Part shown: piece by piece, positions 10,178-20,179 of the stretch
How positions within the stretch are numbered: position 1 is the first letter of the stretch
Layout of the letters: the number at the start of each line of letters is the position of its first letter
Origin: a virus
Taxonomy: Duplodnaviria > Caudoviricetes
Length of the DNA: 53,901 nucleotides
Virus record (IMG/VR): IMGVR_UViG_3300020045_006418
Location: 1 to 53,901 of that record
Reading direction: 5' to 3' (one strand)
Notes under the pieces: model-generated
Seen by the model: the letters and a program-made list of their open reading frames with translations, nothing else
Databases searched by the model: none
Told to the model about the DNA's origin: nothing
Made by a program: the position numbers and the translations under genes

Positions 10178-10644
10178 TGGCAAACGAAGGACTATTATAT
10201 TTTACAGCATTAAGAACTTTGGAACGTCTGGACATTCAGTACGTTCCAAAGGATATTACACTAGTGAGAACTCCTATTATAGCTGGAGTGGCGGTTGTAG
10301 GACGTAACAATCCTATTCACCACTATGTAGGCGGTACCACAGAATTAAACTTGGAATTAGAGTTTTATGCTATGGAGGATAATATGGAGGATGTTATTAC
10401 CAAATGTAAATGGCTGGAGAGTCTTTGTTATGGCGATGGTTTTGATAATCCGCCAGAACAGGTAAGACTTACTTTTGGCCGACTGTTTGGAAACAACGAA
10501 GTTTGGGTAGTAAAGGACGTTAAATATAAAATGAGTTTATTCATGGTTGAAAAGGGATTCTTACCGAGACAGGCAACTGTTACGGTAAGTTTGGCTTTGG
10601 ATCCTAAAAAGAACTTAAAAATTGAGGACGTAAGATGGAGATAA
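10177..10644 (+). CDS. tail tube initiator / baseplate-tube junction protein
   Basis: PPEQVRLTFG and PRQATVTVSL motifs; follows the tape measure gene. Confidence 0.7.
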   Translation: MANEGLLYFTALRTLERLDIQYVPKDITLVRTPIIAGVAVVGRNNPIHHYVGGTTELNLELEFYAMEDNMEDVITKCKWLESLCYGDGFDNPPEQVRLTFGRLFGNNEVWVVKDVKYKMSLFMVEKGFLPRQATVTVSLALDPKKNLKIEDVRWR

Positions 10645-10955
10645 CATTTAGAGGGAATAACCTGTACCGAAACGGTACTATTCTCATTTTCGAAAATGGT
10701 GATGGATTGTTAACTAGAGATCTGATTGATTTTGTTGGTGGTGGAGAAGATAGGTACCACACCGTGAAAATTAATGACAGGATCGATTTGCTTGCGTACA
10801 ATTTTTACAAAAGCAGGGTTGAGGATGCCAGCAAATTTTGGTGGGTAATAGCAGATGCAAATAACATTGAGAACCCGATGGATTTAAGTGATTTTATCGG
10901 CACTGATATTTTGATCCCAAACATAATGAATGTTTTACTTACAATTCAGGATTAA
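10635..10955 (+). CDS. LysM-like baseplate protein (P2 gpX-like)
   Basis: YHTVKINDRIDLLAYNFY...WWVIADANNIENP...GTDILIP. Confidence 0.8.
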   Translation: MEITFRGNNLYRNGTILIFENGDGLLTRDLIDFVGGGEDRYHTVKINDRIDLLAYNFYKSRVEDASKFWWVIADANNIENPMDLSDFIGTDILIPNIMNVLLTIQD

Positions 10956-12190
10956 TGAAAGAGCCGTACTACAAAGTTTACATCGATAAAAGGGATATTA
11001 GTCTTTACGTGGAAAGTATCAATTACGAGGATTCCAGTGAGATCGATAACCTGATTACTTTGGAGATAGATCAGAATTACGCACTTCGTCTGGCCGATGA
11101 TGATGATTTTAGTACCGGAAAGTTTATAAGTTTCCAATTTGGATTCTTAAATGGTGCAGTATCGGAATTGCATAAAGCCAGAATAACGGATATTACGCAT
11201 AAATACCGTGAGAGGGTATCAATGACTGTAAAGTGTTTAGATCTTGGCACCACGATAAAGAAAACCACAAGCCAGAAGATTTGGAAAAACAAAACAGCTT
11301 CACAGATTGCCAAAGAAATAGCTGATAGTTATGGACTGGAGAGCGAGATAACCGTCACAACGAAAGTTTGGGATAATGTTCCACAAGGAAATAGATCTGA
11401 TTTAGAGTTTTTACGTTATTTGGCCGCTAGGGAATCCGGAGGTAATTTTGTCGCCTTTATCAGAAATAACACGATGTATTTTTCTGAGAGAGGATTAAAA
11501 GAGGAAAGTCAGGTTACGTTCACTTATGGTGATGGTAATTCGACTATGGTTTCCTTTGAGCCGAGTATTAAAGAAAGCAGCCAAAGTCCGGCTGGGGCCA
11601 AATCCGTAAATACTACAGTTGATGGAAAAACCGGAACTGTAGAACAGACTTTGGTGGACAATGATAAAGAGAGTGCTACAGGAAGTACCGGATCCTATAA
11701 GGTTTATTATGGCGAGGATGGAGCATTTTCCAAACACGTTATTATGGGTGATGATACAAGCAAAGGCAGTGTTTTAGGCAAAAGAAACAATACGGCTGTA
11801 AAGGATAAAAACGAAGCAGCGAATCTTTCCAACCATTCCAAAAAGAAAGCAAATCTTAAAACATTGGTAGCCAAACTGGTAGTGGAGGGAAACCCGATTT
11901 TGACGCCGAATACAGTAGTTACGATAAAGAATGTAGCTAAAAGGCATTTAGGAAATTGGTACATAACCAAAATTACACATGCGATCAGAGGGCAATCTTA
12001 TCTAAGCACAATGGAACTTTCCAGAAACGCTAGTAAATCCAAAGCAAAAGGACAGACTAAAACGAAAGATGCAAATAATACAGTCGGTGCCGATAAAGCG
12101 CAGGAGAAAGTAAAAGTGAGAGTGTACAGGGGAGAGGATGGATCATTTGTAGGTTATAGCTCTAAATTGCAGACCGCTAAAAAGAAATAA
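10955..12190 (+). CDS. baseplate hub (late control D / gp27-like)
   Basis: TASQIAKEIA, QGNRSDLEFLRYLA, GNP and GNWYITKITH motifs. Confidence 0.85.
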   Translation: MKEPYYKVYIDKRDISLYVESINYEDSSEIDNLITLEIDQNYALRLADDDDFSTGKFISFQFGFLNGAVSELHKARITDITHKYRERVSMTVKCLDLGTTIKKTTSQKIWKNKTASQIAKEIADSYGLESEITVTTKVWDNVPQGNRSDLEFLRYLAARESGGNFVAFIRNNTMYFSERGLKEESQVTFTYGDGNSTMVSFEPSIKESSQSPAGAKSVNTTVDGKTGTVEQTLVDNDKESATGSTGSYKVYYGEDGAFSKHVIMGDDTSKGSVLGKRNNTAVKDKNEAANLSNHSKKKANLKTLVAKLVVEGNPILTPNTVVTIKNVAKRHLGNWYITKITHAIRGQSYLSTMELSRNASKSKAKGQTKTKDANNTVGADKAQEKVKVRVYRGEDGSFVGYSSKLQTAKKK

Positions 12191-12191
12191 A

Positions 12192-12881
12192 ATGAGTGCA
12201 GATCTTAAAGAAATATTAGATGAGTATGGATTGGAGTATTTCAATCGATACTACGCTTGTTATAAGGGGTTTGTGGCTGATAACAAAGATCCGGAAAATA
12301 GAGGAAGATTACAGTTAAAAGTACCTCAAATTTACGGGGAAAATGTTTATGAAGTCTGGGCACCAAGTAAAGGTATTTATTCAGGAAAGAATGTTGGTTC
12401 TTTCTGGATACCGTCAGTAGGGGATCAGGTATGGGTAACTTTTGAAAGTGGTGATCCGGCTTTTCCGATCTGGGAATACGGATCGTGGAGAGAGGGAGAC
12501 GTTCCAGAAGATGCAACAATTGATAATAAAGTACTTCAAACAAATTCAGGGCATAAACTGGAGTTTGATGATAAAAACGAGTTAATAAGGCTTACCGACA
12601 AACACGGCCATATTATAATATTAAACGCCAACGGAGTTAGTATTGTGTCAGAGAATCTGAGTTTCGGTAGCTTAGATAACTCGGCAGAGCCGGCGGTGTT
12701 AGGCGACACCGCCGTATCTCTGTTAAATGAATTTATTACAGATGTAGGAAATATTTCTGCGATCGTAACCTCTACAGGTATCACTTCTACAATCAATACA
12801 TCTCCTCAATGGCCAGCTTTAGTAAGTAAGTGGCAAGAGAAATGGAAAACATTTAGGAGTCAGGTAGTTACATTAGATTAA
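12192..12881 (+). CDS. baseplate spike (gpV / gp5 OB-fold)
   Basis: DPENRGRLQLKVP, IPSVGDQVWVTFESGDPAFPIW and SGHKLEFDD. Confidence 0.88.
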   Translation: MSADLKEILDEYGLEYFNRYYACYKGFVADNKDPENRGRLQLKVPQIYGENVYEVWAPSKGIYSGKNVGSFWIPSVGDQVWVTFESGDPAFPIWEYGSWREGDVPEDATIDNKVLQTNSGHKLEFDDKNELIRLTDKHGHIIILNANGVSIVSENLSFGSLDNSAEPAVLGDTAVSLLNEFITDVGNISAIVTSTGITSTINTSPQWPALVSKWQEKWKTFRSQVVTLD

Positions 12882-12897
12882 TTCATATATTTGTAGT

Positions 12898-13371
12898 ATG
12901 GATAAAGATTTAAAATATAGTAGAAGTTTAAAAGGGTTAGTAAGTATAATCTATAAAATACAACTTTTATCATCAAAAAGAAGAAAGCATCCTGAACCAA
13001 TTTACAGTAGGGATAGTTTTATACTGTGGTGTATGGAAAATAGTAAGTTTTTAAAACTTTACAAAGATTGGGAAGATTCAGGTTTTGATCCTAAAAAGAA
13101 ACCTAGTATTGATAGAAAAATAGATGCTTTACCCTATAGTTTTGATAATATAGATTGCTGTACTTGGGATGAAAATAGAACAAAAGGAAATAAAGCAAAT
13201 GCGATCGTAACCTCTAAAAAAGTTACTGCCTATTTACAGAATGAGGCTGTAGGTACCTATAATTCCATAAGCGAAGCAAGTACAGAGTTACATATTGAAA
13301 GGGTTAATATACGAGCTGTGTGTAATGGTAAAAGAAAAACTGCTGGAGGGCTAACTTTTTCTTTGGATTAA
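12898..13371 (+). CDS. HNH-like homing endonuclease with NUMOD1 domain
   Basis: PSIDRK..PYSFDN..TWDEN nuclease-like motif and YNSISEAS..IRAVCNGKRKTAGG; very AT-rich; interrupts the baseplate module. Confidence 0.7.
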   Translation: MDKDLKYSRSLKGLVSIIYKIQLLSSKRRKHPEPIYSRDSFILWCMENSKFLKLYKDWEDSGFDPKKKPSIDRKIDALPYSFDNIDCCTWDENRTKGNKANAIVTSKKVTAYLQNEAVGTYNSISEASTELHIERVNIRAVCNGKRKTAGGLTFSLD

Positions 13372-13372
13372 A

Positions 13373-13404
13373 TTTGGTTTAAACATAAATTTAATCTACA
13401 TTTA
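13373..13404 (+). promoter_or_regulatory. promoter (TAnnTTTA variant)
   Basis: TTTG 13373-13376, 20-nt spacer, TACATTTA 13397-13404. Confidence 0.5.
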
Positions 13405-13478
13405 CAGTCTCCTAATAATTTTGATTTTTAAATAGCACCAACAATTAAGTAATTTTATATACAGGAACGGCAAGGTAA

Positions 13479-13508
13479 GAAAACCCCACTTTAACGAGTG
13501 GGGTTTTT
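13479..13508 (+). terminator. rho-independent terminator
   Basis: GAAAACCCCACT-ttaacg-AGTGGGGTTTTT. Confidence 0.85.
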
Positions 13509-13512
13509 CGTT

Positions 13513-13543
13513 TTTGGTAGCCTATCGAATTATTGTATCTTTG
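13513..13543 (+). promoter_or_regulatory. Bacteroidota-type promoter
   Basis: TTTG 13513-13516, 19-nt spacer, TATCTTTG 13536-13543. Confidence 0.7.
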
Positions 13544-13548
13544 CTTTT

Positions 13549-13935
13549 ATGGAAGCCAGAGTATATTTAGGAACAGGATTACAGTATCCTATAACGTTGC
13601 CAAACGGTAAAGGAGTACTGGTTAGTGATATAGAATTGATTAATCAATCTATTGATATAATTTTAAGTACCCCTATCGGTACACGTCTATTTTTGCCAGA
13701 ATTCGGCAGTAGAATAAGTGAGGTTTTCTTTGAGCCTAATGATAGTGTACTGACAGATTACCTAGTTTTATTTATTCATGAAGCTTTGGCGATCTGGGAA
13801 ACCAGAATAAAAGTATTGAAAGTGCAATCCGTAGTACAGGGAACCGAAATAGTTTCTACAATCAATTATCGAGTGCTTTCGAGCAATGAAGTAGCAAGCT
13901 ATATTTATCCATTTTATAAAAAGATACAATACTAA
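13549..13935 (+). CDS. baseplate wedge protein (gp25 / gpW-like)
   Basis: INQSIDIILSTPIGTRLFLPEFGS...WETRIKV; ATG 13549 preferred because the longer ORF start lies inside the terminator. Confidence 0.9.
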   Translation: MEARVYLGTGLQYPITLPNGKGVLVSDIELINQSIDIILSTPIGTRLFLPEFGSRISEVFFEPNDSVLTDYLVLFIHEALAIWETRIKVLKVQSVVQGTEIVSTINYRVLSSNEVASYIYPFYKKIQY

Positions 13936-15590
13936 TGGGATTAGATAACACTTGGGTAGGCTATTTTAGCCGTAGTTACCAGCAAGCAAAAGAGGATATT
14001 CTTAACAGGTTAGGAATTACTACACCGGAAATGAGCGATCATACGGAAAGTAATCCTTATATCTGGATTATTGATATTTGGTTGGGGATAGCAGAACTTT
14101 TGCATTATTACATAGATAATGCGGCGAGGGAAGTTTTCCTGTATTCCGCAAGGCAGTATAAAAGTGCTCAGAAGATAGCAAAACTATTTAATTACAGATT
14201 AAAAGGTTATTCTGCAGCCTCTACAATATTGAGATTTTATATTGAAGATCCGATAAGCACAGATATAGTAATTCCGGCAGGTACCATTTTAATGGCTGAG
14301 GAAATACCATACATGACCACTACAACCGTTACAATAGAAGCCGGAAATACGGAAATAACTGTTTTGGCAATCCAGAGAGTGACGGCAACCGCTAATTTTA
14401 CCTCAAACGGAAATCCTAGTCAATGGATTGAATTAGAAGATAGTGCCGTAGACAAATCGTTGACTGTTACGGTGGATAATATTACATATTCATTTGTAGA
14501 GGATTTCTATTTGTCAATTCCGGATAGTTTGGTATTTACAACCGAGATTACTCCAGATAAAAAATTCAGGGTGATTTTCGGTGATGATGTAAATGGTAAA
14601 ATTCCTTCGCTAAATGCTGAGGTAGTTATAAATTATTACACATCTAGCGGATCTGTAGGAAATGTGGCCGCTGGAGAAATAAACGAATTCTCTGCAGATC
14701 TGGATTTTCCGGTTAGTGTTTTTGTAACTAATGATACAGATGCAAGTGGAGGAGGAGAAATAGAAACTTTAGCAAGCTTAAAGAAAACTATTCCTGCATC
14801 CCTTCGAACATTGAAAAGAGCGGTAACGCCTTTGGATTTTAAAGATATTGCAGAAGGAGTTAATGGAGTTGAAAAAGCTTTCGTTTCTTATGAGTGTGGG
14901 GCAAGTGTTGACGTTTACATTGTTCCTACAGGTATTGGAGGAGCAACTCCGGATTTGCTGGAAAGTGTTAGGTTGGCGTTTTACGGAGCTACTCCGGTGG
15001 ATGCGACTAAACTAATCATGATGGAGGTTACTCCAAAACCAGCAGGAAGGATTGCGGCCGTGATTGTGGCAAACGTAACGGTTTCACCAGTTTATAACAG
15101 ATCACTTGTAACCGCTGCCGTGAAACAAAACCTTATGGACTTTTTAAGTGCAAAGAATCAGGACATTTCAGGAAGTGTTTACATCGGGGATATTTACCAA
15201 GTGATAGAAAATACGGAAGGAGTAGCACACTCTCAGTTAGAGCTTTTAAGTACAATTCCGGAGGCAACTATTATAAACGGTACTTCTGTACTGGATTGGA
15301 CAAGGGTTCTTTCTCCAAACAGTACAGCGCAGTTAAGATGGACAATTAAATACATCGGAGACGATGAGTACGAGCTTCGAAAAGGATCATCTTTTTTAGG
15401 TCAGTTTCAGATTGGCCAGAACGTTGTTGTAGGTGAATTAAATTTCACAGTAAACGATGGGCCTTATGTGGTTGGAGATATGTGGGAATTTACCACTTAC
15501 AGATATAACGGTACGATTGAGCTAAACGAACCGAGTATTATTACATTGAGCGAAGTAAATATTAACTTAACGGTGACAGGAGGTGTTTAA
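13935..15590 (+). CDS. baseplate J-like wedge protein
   Basis: IPAGT, VIFGDDVNGKIP and RAVTPLDF motifs. Confidence 0.88.
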   Translation: MGLDNTWVGYFSRSYQQAKEDILNRLGITTPEMSDHTESNPYIWIIDIWLGIAELLHYYIDNAAREVFLYSARQYKSAQKIAKLFNYRLKGYSAASTILRFYIEDPISTDIVIPAGTILMAEEIPYMTTTTVTIEAGNTEITVLAIQRVTATANFTSNGNPSQWIELEDSAVDKSLTVTVDNITYSFVEDFYLSIPDSLVFTTEITPDKKFRVIFGDDVNGKIPSLNAEVVINYYTSSGSVGNVAAGEINEFSADLDFPVSVFVTNDTDASGGGEIETLASLKKTIPASLRTLKRAVTPLDFKDIAEGVNGVEKAFVSYECGASVDVYIVPTGIGGATPDLLESVRLAFYGATPVDATKLIMMEVTPKPAGRIAAVIVANVTVSPVYNRSLVTAAVKQNLMDFLSAKNQDISGSVYIGDIYQVIENTEGVAHSQLELLSTIPEATIINGTSVLDWTRVLSPNSTAQLRWTIKYIGDDEYELRKGSSFLGQFQIGQNVVVGELNFTVNDGPYVVGDMWEFTTYRYNGTIELNEPSIITLSEVNINLTVTGGV

Positions 15591-16341
15591 TCTAAAGAAT
15601 ATAATTGTCGAGAAGTATTTCCCCAAATTCATGATTGTAAATGATTACAATAAGGATTCGGAGGGAAAAGGGTTTTTGCAGAGATACTCGGAAACTATGG
15701 CTCAGGAGTGGGATGAGACTGTTATTTCGGTTGCCTTTAGGCTTCTGGATAGCACTCTTATCCCTGATACCGTTTTAGATAAATTCATTCCATATTTGGA
15801 GAGTAATATGGGACTTATTGCAGTACATCCGGATTTAGGAATAAGAAGGAGAGTTTTGCAGAGAATAATTGAAGTATACAAATGCAAGGGAACTGAGAGA
15901 AGTTATCAATTGATGTTCAACGCACTAGGATTTGAAGGTGTTGAAATTCTGCAGGCAGGAGTTGATTTTGGTTTTGACAGTCTGGTAACATTTGACAATG
16001 AGGTGAGAACTTTCGATATGGGGAGATGCCACAAATGCAAGTATTACAGGGTAAATATACTAAATGGGCCGGCTATCGATAATACGATGTATGCAGCCAT
16101 AAGAAATGCAATAAAGGTTGTAGAGCCAATTTATTGTCGTTTGATCGATATTTGGGTAGATGGAGAGGAAGCAGAATTGCTTACTATCTACATCGAGGAA
16201 AATGGGGATTTGGTGTACAACAGTTTGGCGGAGGATTTGATTGGATTTACTTTGGCACCTAATGGAGACCTGAAAGCTTACGGGGCTAATGAATCAAAAT
16301 ATAAAGTGGACAGTAACGGTAATATGATACAATATGACTAA
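15583..16341 (+). CDS. baseplate wedge / P2 gpI-like tail protein
   Basis: RRRVLQRIIEVYKCKGT motif; follows gpJ. Confidence 0.7.
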   Translation: MFNLKNIIVEKYFPKFMIVNDYNKDSEGKGFLQRYSETMAQEWDETVISVAFRLLDSTLIPDTVLDKFIPYLESNMGLIAVHPDLGIRRRVLQRIIEVYKCKGTERSYQLMFNALGFEGVEILQAGVDFGFDSLVTFDNEVRTFDMGRCHKCKYYRVNILNGPAIDNTMYAAIRNAIKVVEPIYCRLIDIWVDGEEAELLTIYIEENGDLVYNSLAEDLIGFTLAPNGDLKAYGANESKYKVDSNGNMIQYD

Positions 16342-17776
16342 TTTAGGAAATGTAGCCGGTGTGGTTGTTGGACCAAATCCGCCGTTAGAAGCGGACGGGG
16401 TTACGGAAAAAAGATATGTACTTTGGGGACAGCCTATAACAGGAGGTGCCCCAAATGAGTATATAGTTAAATATTGGAACACTGCCAAAGGGGAGTGGGT
16501 AGGTCTTGACGCTGTTCGGGAGATTATAGATGATAGTATGGTATCTGGGGATATTACCACAGATAAAACTTTCTCTAAAGTTAAAATTTTAGATCTTATA
16601 GGATCCGGAGGTGTAGAAATAGGCTTACAGGAAGTGCTTAATGTAGACGGAAAGGCAGAGGATGTGACTATAACACTAAAAAGCTCTTCACAACCAGCAG
16701 AAATACACCTTTCAAACGAAGAAATACTATCCGAAGATGGGGATTCATCTACTAAACTATCGGCAAGTGGAATTGTAGTTGATAATGCTAATGAGAGGTT
16801 AGATTATCAATCTAATTCAATGACATTCACAGATAAAGTGAGTGGTTTTATTACTAAAATTTGGATGCTTAGAACCGCTGCGGGCTTTGTTGAATTTAAA
16901 TTTAATCCTCTTAAACCTGCAGGAGTATGGACAGTTGCAACAGCTGATGAACTCGATTTAAAATTGAATATTGCGGATTATAACCAACATTTTAGAGGAA
17001 AATATACTTCCTTAGCATTGTTACAGGCAGCAATTTCCACGGCAAACGATGGAGATTACGCCATTATAGATACAGGTACAGGTGTAAATGCAAAGGAGTA
17101 TATATGGGATGCTCAGGAAGGTTGGATACAGTCTAGTTCCACTAGTGCTTCAACAACTGATGCTCTGCCCGAAGGATCAACAAATCTATATTTTACAGCA
17201 GCGCGTGCTTTAGCAGCAGCAGCAGCTTCCATAGCTTTAAAGCAAGATATTTTAACTGATATAAATTTTGGAGCTTTTATAAATGGATTAACTGGCAAAA
17301 CAACTCCTATAAATGCGGATAGTATTTCAATTGTAGACTCAGCAGATTCGAACAAACAAAAGAAAGTTTCACTAACCAATATTAAAGCTTTTTTAAAGGT
17401 GTATTTTGATGGTATTTATCAGGCTATTTTAGTTTCAGGAACTAGTATAAAAACCGTTGGAGGTGTTTCTTTATTAGGAGCAGGAGATATACCATTATAT
17501 TCCCAAAAAACTATTACGGGTAATGTAACGCTTGACGACTCGTACAACGGATGCATTGTGAAAGTAAAAGCAACTTCGACAATTAGCATTCCGGCAACAT
17601 TGGCAACTAATTTTAACTGTGTTTTTGATGTGTGGTCAGGATTTACAGCAACATTTACGCCGCTATCAGGTGCGAGTATAATTGAAACAGCATTGGTATT
17701 GGATTCTGATAAAATGGCTACGCTCTATAAAGACGGAGCTACATCTGTTTACAAATTAAAAGGACAAACAACATGA
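16334..17776 (+). CDS. tail fibre-like protein
   Basis: 480 aa mosaic, Ser/Thr/Gly-rich; TDALPEGSTNLYFT and SGTSIKTVGGVSLLG modules seen in phage fibres. Confidence 0.7.
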   Translation: MTNLGNVAGVVVGPNPPLEADGVTEKRYVLWGQPITGGAPNEYIVKYWNTAKGEWVGLDAVREIIDDSMVSGDITTDKTFSKVKILDLIGSGGVEIGLQEVLNVDGKAEDVTITLKSSSQPAEIHLSNEEILSEDGDSSTKLSASGIVVDNANERLDYQSNSMTFTDKVSGFITKIWMLRTAAGFVEFKFNPLKPAGVWTVATADELDLKLNIADYNQHFRGKYTSLALLQAAISTANDGDYAIIDTGTGVNAKEYIWDAQEGWIQSSSTSASTTDALPEGSTNLYFTAARALAAAAASIALKQDILTDINFGAFINGLTGKTTPINADSISIVDSADSNKQKKVSLTNIKAFLKVYFDGIYQAILVSGTSIKTVGGVSLLGAGDIPLYSQKTITGNVTLDDSYNGCIVKVKATSTISIPATLATNFNCVFDVWSGFTATFTPLSGASIIETALVLDSDKMATLYKDGATSVYKLKGQTT

Positions 17777-19176
17777 TAGTACCTGCAGCTCATTTAGTTT
17801 TTGGCAGAAAATATGCTGCTGAATTTGATCCTAAATCACTCTCTTTAATTTGTTATATAAGAAGTTGGGAAGGTATTTCCGTATCAGGCACTAACGTTAC
17901 AGGATTGACGGATTTGACAGGAAATGGAAATAACTTTTTATCAACAGGAAGTCCTCAAATCGTGGATAGCGGTATAAATGGGGTTAAATCTATTAGGTTT
18001 TCAGGATCAAATAACATTTATCGCCAATTAGCAATGACAGGGATTACTAGTACATCTAAAAGATCTGGTTGGATAGTTTTTAAAATAGAAGATCCTACAG
18101 GGGTTGTTTATCATAATATTTTGATGATGGGTGCTATAGATTATACTAATGGAGGAGAAGTCAATGAGCATATTTATAACCCTAATTCAACTAGCAATTT
18201 TATTCACAATTTCTTTGTTGACGCTTTAGACAGCACAAGCGTATCGCCTCAGTTAGAATCTAAATTTGGGATATTCACAAAGAATTCAGGAACGTCTAAA
18301 TTAGAAGTCAACAACGTAGTGAGTAGCGGTACCGGTACTCAAACAGTAGAAAATATGGGCGTTTATATTGGTCAATGGAATGCTAGGGGTGCTAAAATGC
18401 TATTTTGTGAATTCGCACTATTAGATAACGACACACATGTTTTATCTACTACAGATATAGCTAATTTAAAAAAATACTTCAAAATAAAATATAATATTAA
18501 TCCCGGATTTGTAGCCCCTGTAATTACCATTGTAAATCAAGGTGTGAACGGAAATAATACAAGTGATGTAATTGCTCGTTTATCAACCATAAATGCACAA
18601 TTGGGTAACTTAGTAATATTAATGATAGGAACAAATGATTGGAGATATCCTGTAGCTGGAAATAGAAGAACTCCGGCTCAATACCAAGCTAATTTAGTTA
18701 CAATAGTACAGAGTTTAAAAGCCAATGGAAGTCAAGTTTTATTAATGAGTATGCCTCCAATTATAAATGCAGAAAGCGATTATGTATGCCCTTTTTACAG
18801 TCAGGCTTCTGGATGCGATGCAAATGCAACAGGGGATCAGTTTAGAGCAAAAGTGCCTTTAGTGGCAACTTCTGAGAGTGTTATGTTTTTAGATATGAAT
18901 CAAAAGTTCATTGATATTGGACAGCCAACATATGCTATAGATTCCTACATGGAAAATGCATTGAACTCATCTAGCACAGATGGGGTGCATCCGAGACCTA
19001 TAGGTGCTTTATTTATTGCTCAAAAAATAAATGAATACTTAGTGTCAAATAATTTGCATTACAGCAAAATAGTATGTGTTGGAGATAGTATTACCTATGG
19101 TGATGGATTAACTGGAGGCGGCACTGCTACAGGACAAACTTATCCTGCTCAATTAAAAATATTATTAAACACATAA
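17773..19176 (+). CDS. receptor-binding protein: LamG/concanavalin-like N-terminus plus circularly permuted SGNH hydrolase
   Basis: Motif order NQGVNG (block II), IGTND (III), DGVHP (V), then GDSIT (I) near the C-terminus. Confidence 0.75.
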   Translation: MIVPAAHLVFGRKYAAEFDPKSLSLICYIRSWEGISVSGTNVTGLTDLTGNGNNFLSTGSPQIVDSGINGVKSIRFSGSNNIYRQLAMTGITSTSKRSGWIVFKIEDPTGVVYHNILMMGAIDYTNGGEVNEHIYNPNSTSNFIHNFFVDALDSTSVSPQLESKFGIFTKNSGTSKLEVNNVVSSGTGTQTVENMGVYIGQWNARGAKMLFCEFALLDNDTHVLSTTDIANLKKYFKIKYNINPGFVAPVITIVNQGVNGNNTSDVIARLSTINAQLGNLVILMIGTNDWRYPVAGNRRTPAQYQANLVTIVQSLKANGSQVLLMSMPPIINAESDYVCPFYSQASGCDANATGDQFRAKVPLVATSESVMFLDMNQKFIDIGQPTYAIDSYMENALNSSSTDGVHPRPIGALFIAQKINEYLVSNNLHYSKIVCVGDSITYGDGLTGGGTATGQTYPAQLKILLNT

Positions 19177-19189
19177 CTAAAAAATTTTT

Positions 19190-19558
19190 ATGGATACAGC
19201 AACCGAAGTAGTAGCAAACTTAATGGGTAACTTCCCATTAAGTTTTTACATTACATATTTTATATATGTAATGTTTGGAATTCTGGTAAGTTTACGTTTG
19301 CAGGCTTTAAAAAGAGATAAAAACTCTGTTTGCACACCTTATAAATTTAGCTGGAGTTTCCTAATGATGGATAACTTAAAACAGTGGATAGGGTCACTTG
19401 TTTTTGTATTTTTGACTATTCGGCTAGGAGCTGAAATGTTTAACAAAGTGCCTACGTGGCCAAGTGCAGTAATAATGGGATTGGGATTTGATTACACCCT
19501 TAGTTTATTAGGGAAGTGGTTAGAGAGAGTCCAAAATAAAGCGAGAGAAAATGTCTGA
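19190..19558 (+). CDS. putative holin
   Basis: 122 aa with about 3 hydrophobic segments and a basic C-terminus; overlaps the endolysin start. Confidence 0.6.
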   Translation: MDTATEVVANLMGNFPLSFYITYFIYVMFGILVSLRLQALKRDKNSVCTPYKFSWSFLMMDNLKQWIGSLVFVFLTIRLGAEMFNKVPTWPSAVIMGLGFDYTLSLLGKWLERVQNKARENV

Positions 19559-20174
19559 TTTTAAAATATTTAGCGGAAATACACTTAAAACAACAGGAGG
19601 AGCGGATATTTCGCTCCTTTCTCCCATTGTAGCAAAGTGGGAAGGTGGTTTTGTAGCAGATCCTGTAGATAAAGGAGGGGCTACGAACATGGGAATTACA
19701 ATTGGAACTTGGAAACTTCTAGGTTACGATAAGAACGGAGATGGTAAAATTGACAAAGCGGATATGAAACTTTTGTCGAAGCAGGATTTTTCCCTAATTT
19801 TGAGAAAGTATTGGGATAAGTGGAAAGCTGACGAAATTTTGAACCAAAGCGTTGCCAATATTTTGGTGGACTGGTACTGGGCTTCTGGAAAGTGGGGTGT
19901 TGCCATACCACAAAGAATAATGGGATTAGTAGAGGATGGAGTCGTAGGGCCAAAAACTCTGGCAGTTGTAAATTCGAAAGATCCGGAAACACTTTTCAAT
20001 ATGATTAAGAATGCAAGGATCAAATTTGTAACGGACATAGCTGTAAATTCGGTTAAAGCATACGAAAAGAAAGTTAACAGAAAAGCTACAGAAAAAGAAA
20101 AAATGTCAAAAACTCAATACAGATTTTTGGCGGGCTGGCTTAACCGATTGGATGATTTTAAATTTAAAGCGTAG
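19551..20174 (+). CDS. endolysin, glycoside hydrolase family 108 with peptidoglycan-binding C-terminus
   Basis: EGGFVADPVDKGGATNMGIT, DGVVGPKT and FLAGWLNR. Confidence 0.92.
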   Translation: MSDFKIFSGNTLKTTGGADISLLSPIVAKWEGGFVADPVDKGGATNMGITIGTWKLLGYDKNGDGKIDKADMKLLSKQDFSLILRKYWDKWKADEILNQSVANILVDWYWASGKWGVAIPQRIMGLVEDGVVGPKTLAVVNSKDPETLFNMIKNARIKFVTDIAVNSVKAYEKKVNRKATEKEKMSKTQYRFLAGWLNRLDDFKFKA

Positions 20175-20179
20175 AAAAA

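Noticed and set aside
4798-16341. Extracellular contractile injection system or tailocin
   Set aside because: The tail genes resemble those systems, but capsid, terminase and replication genes in the same window indicate a genuine phage
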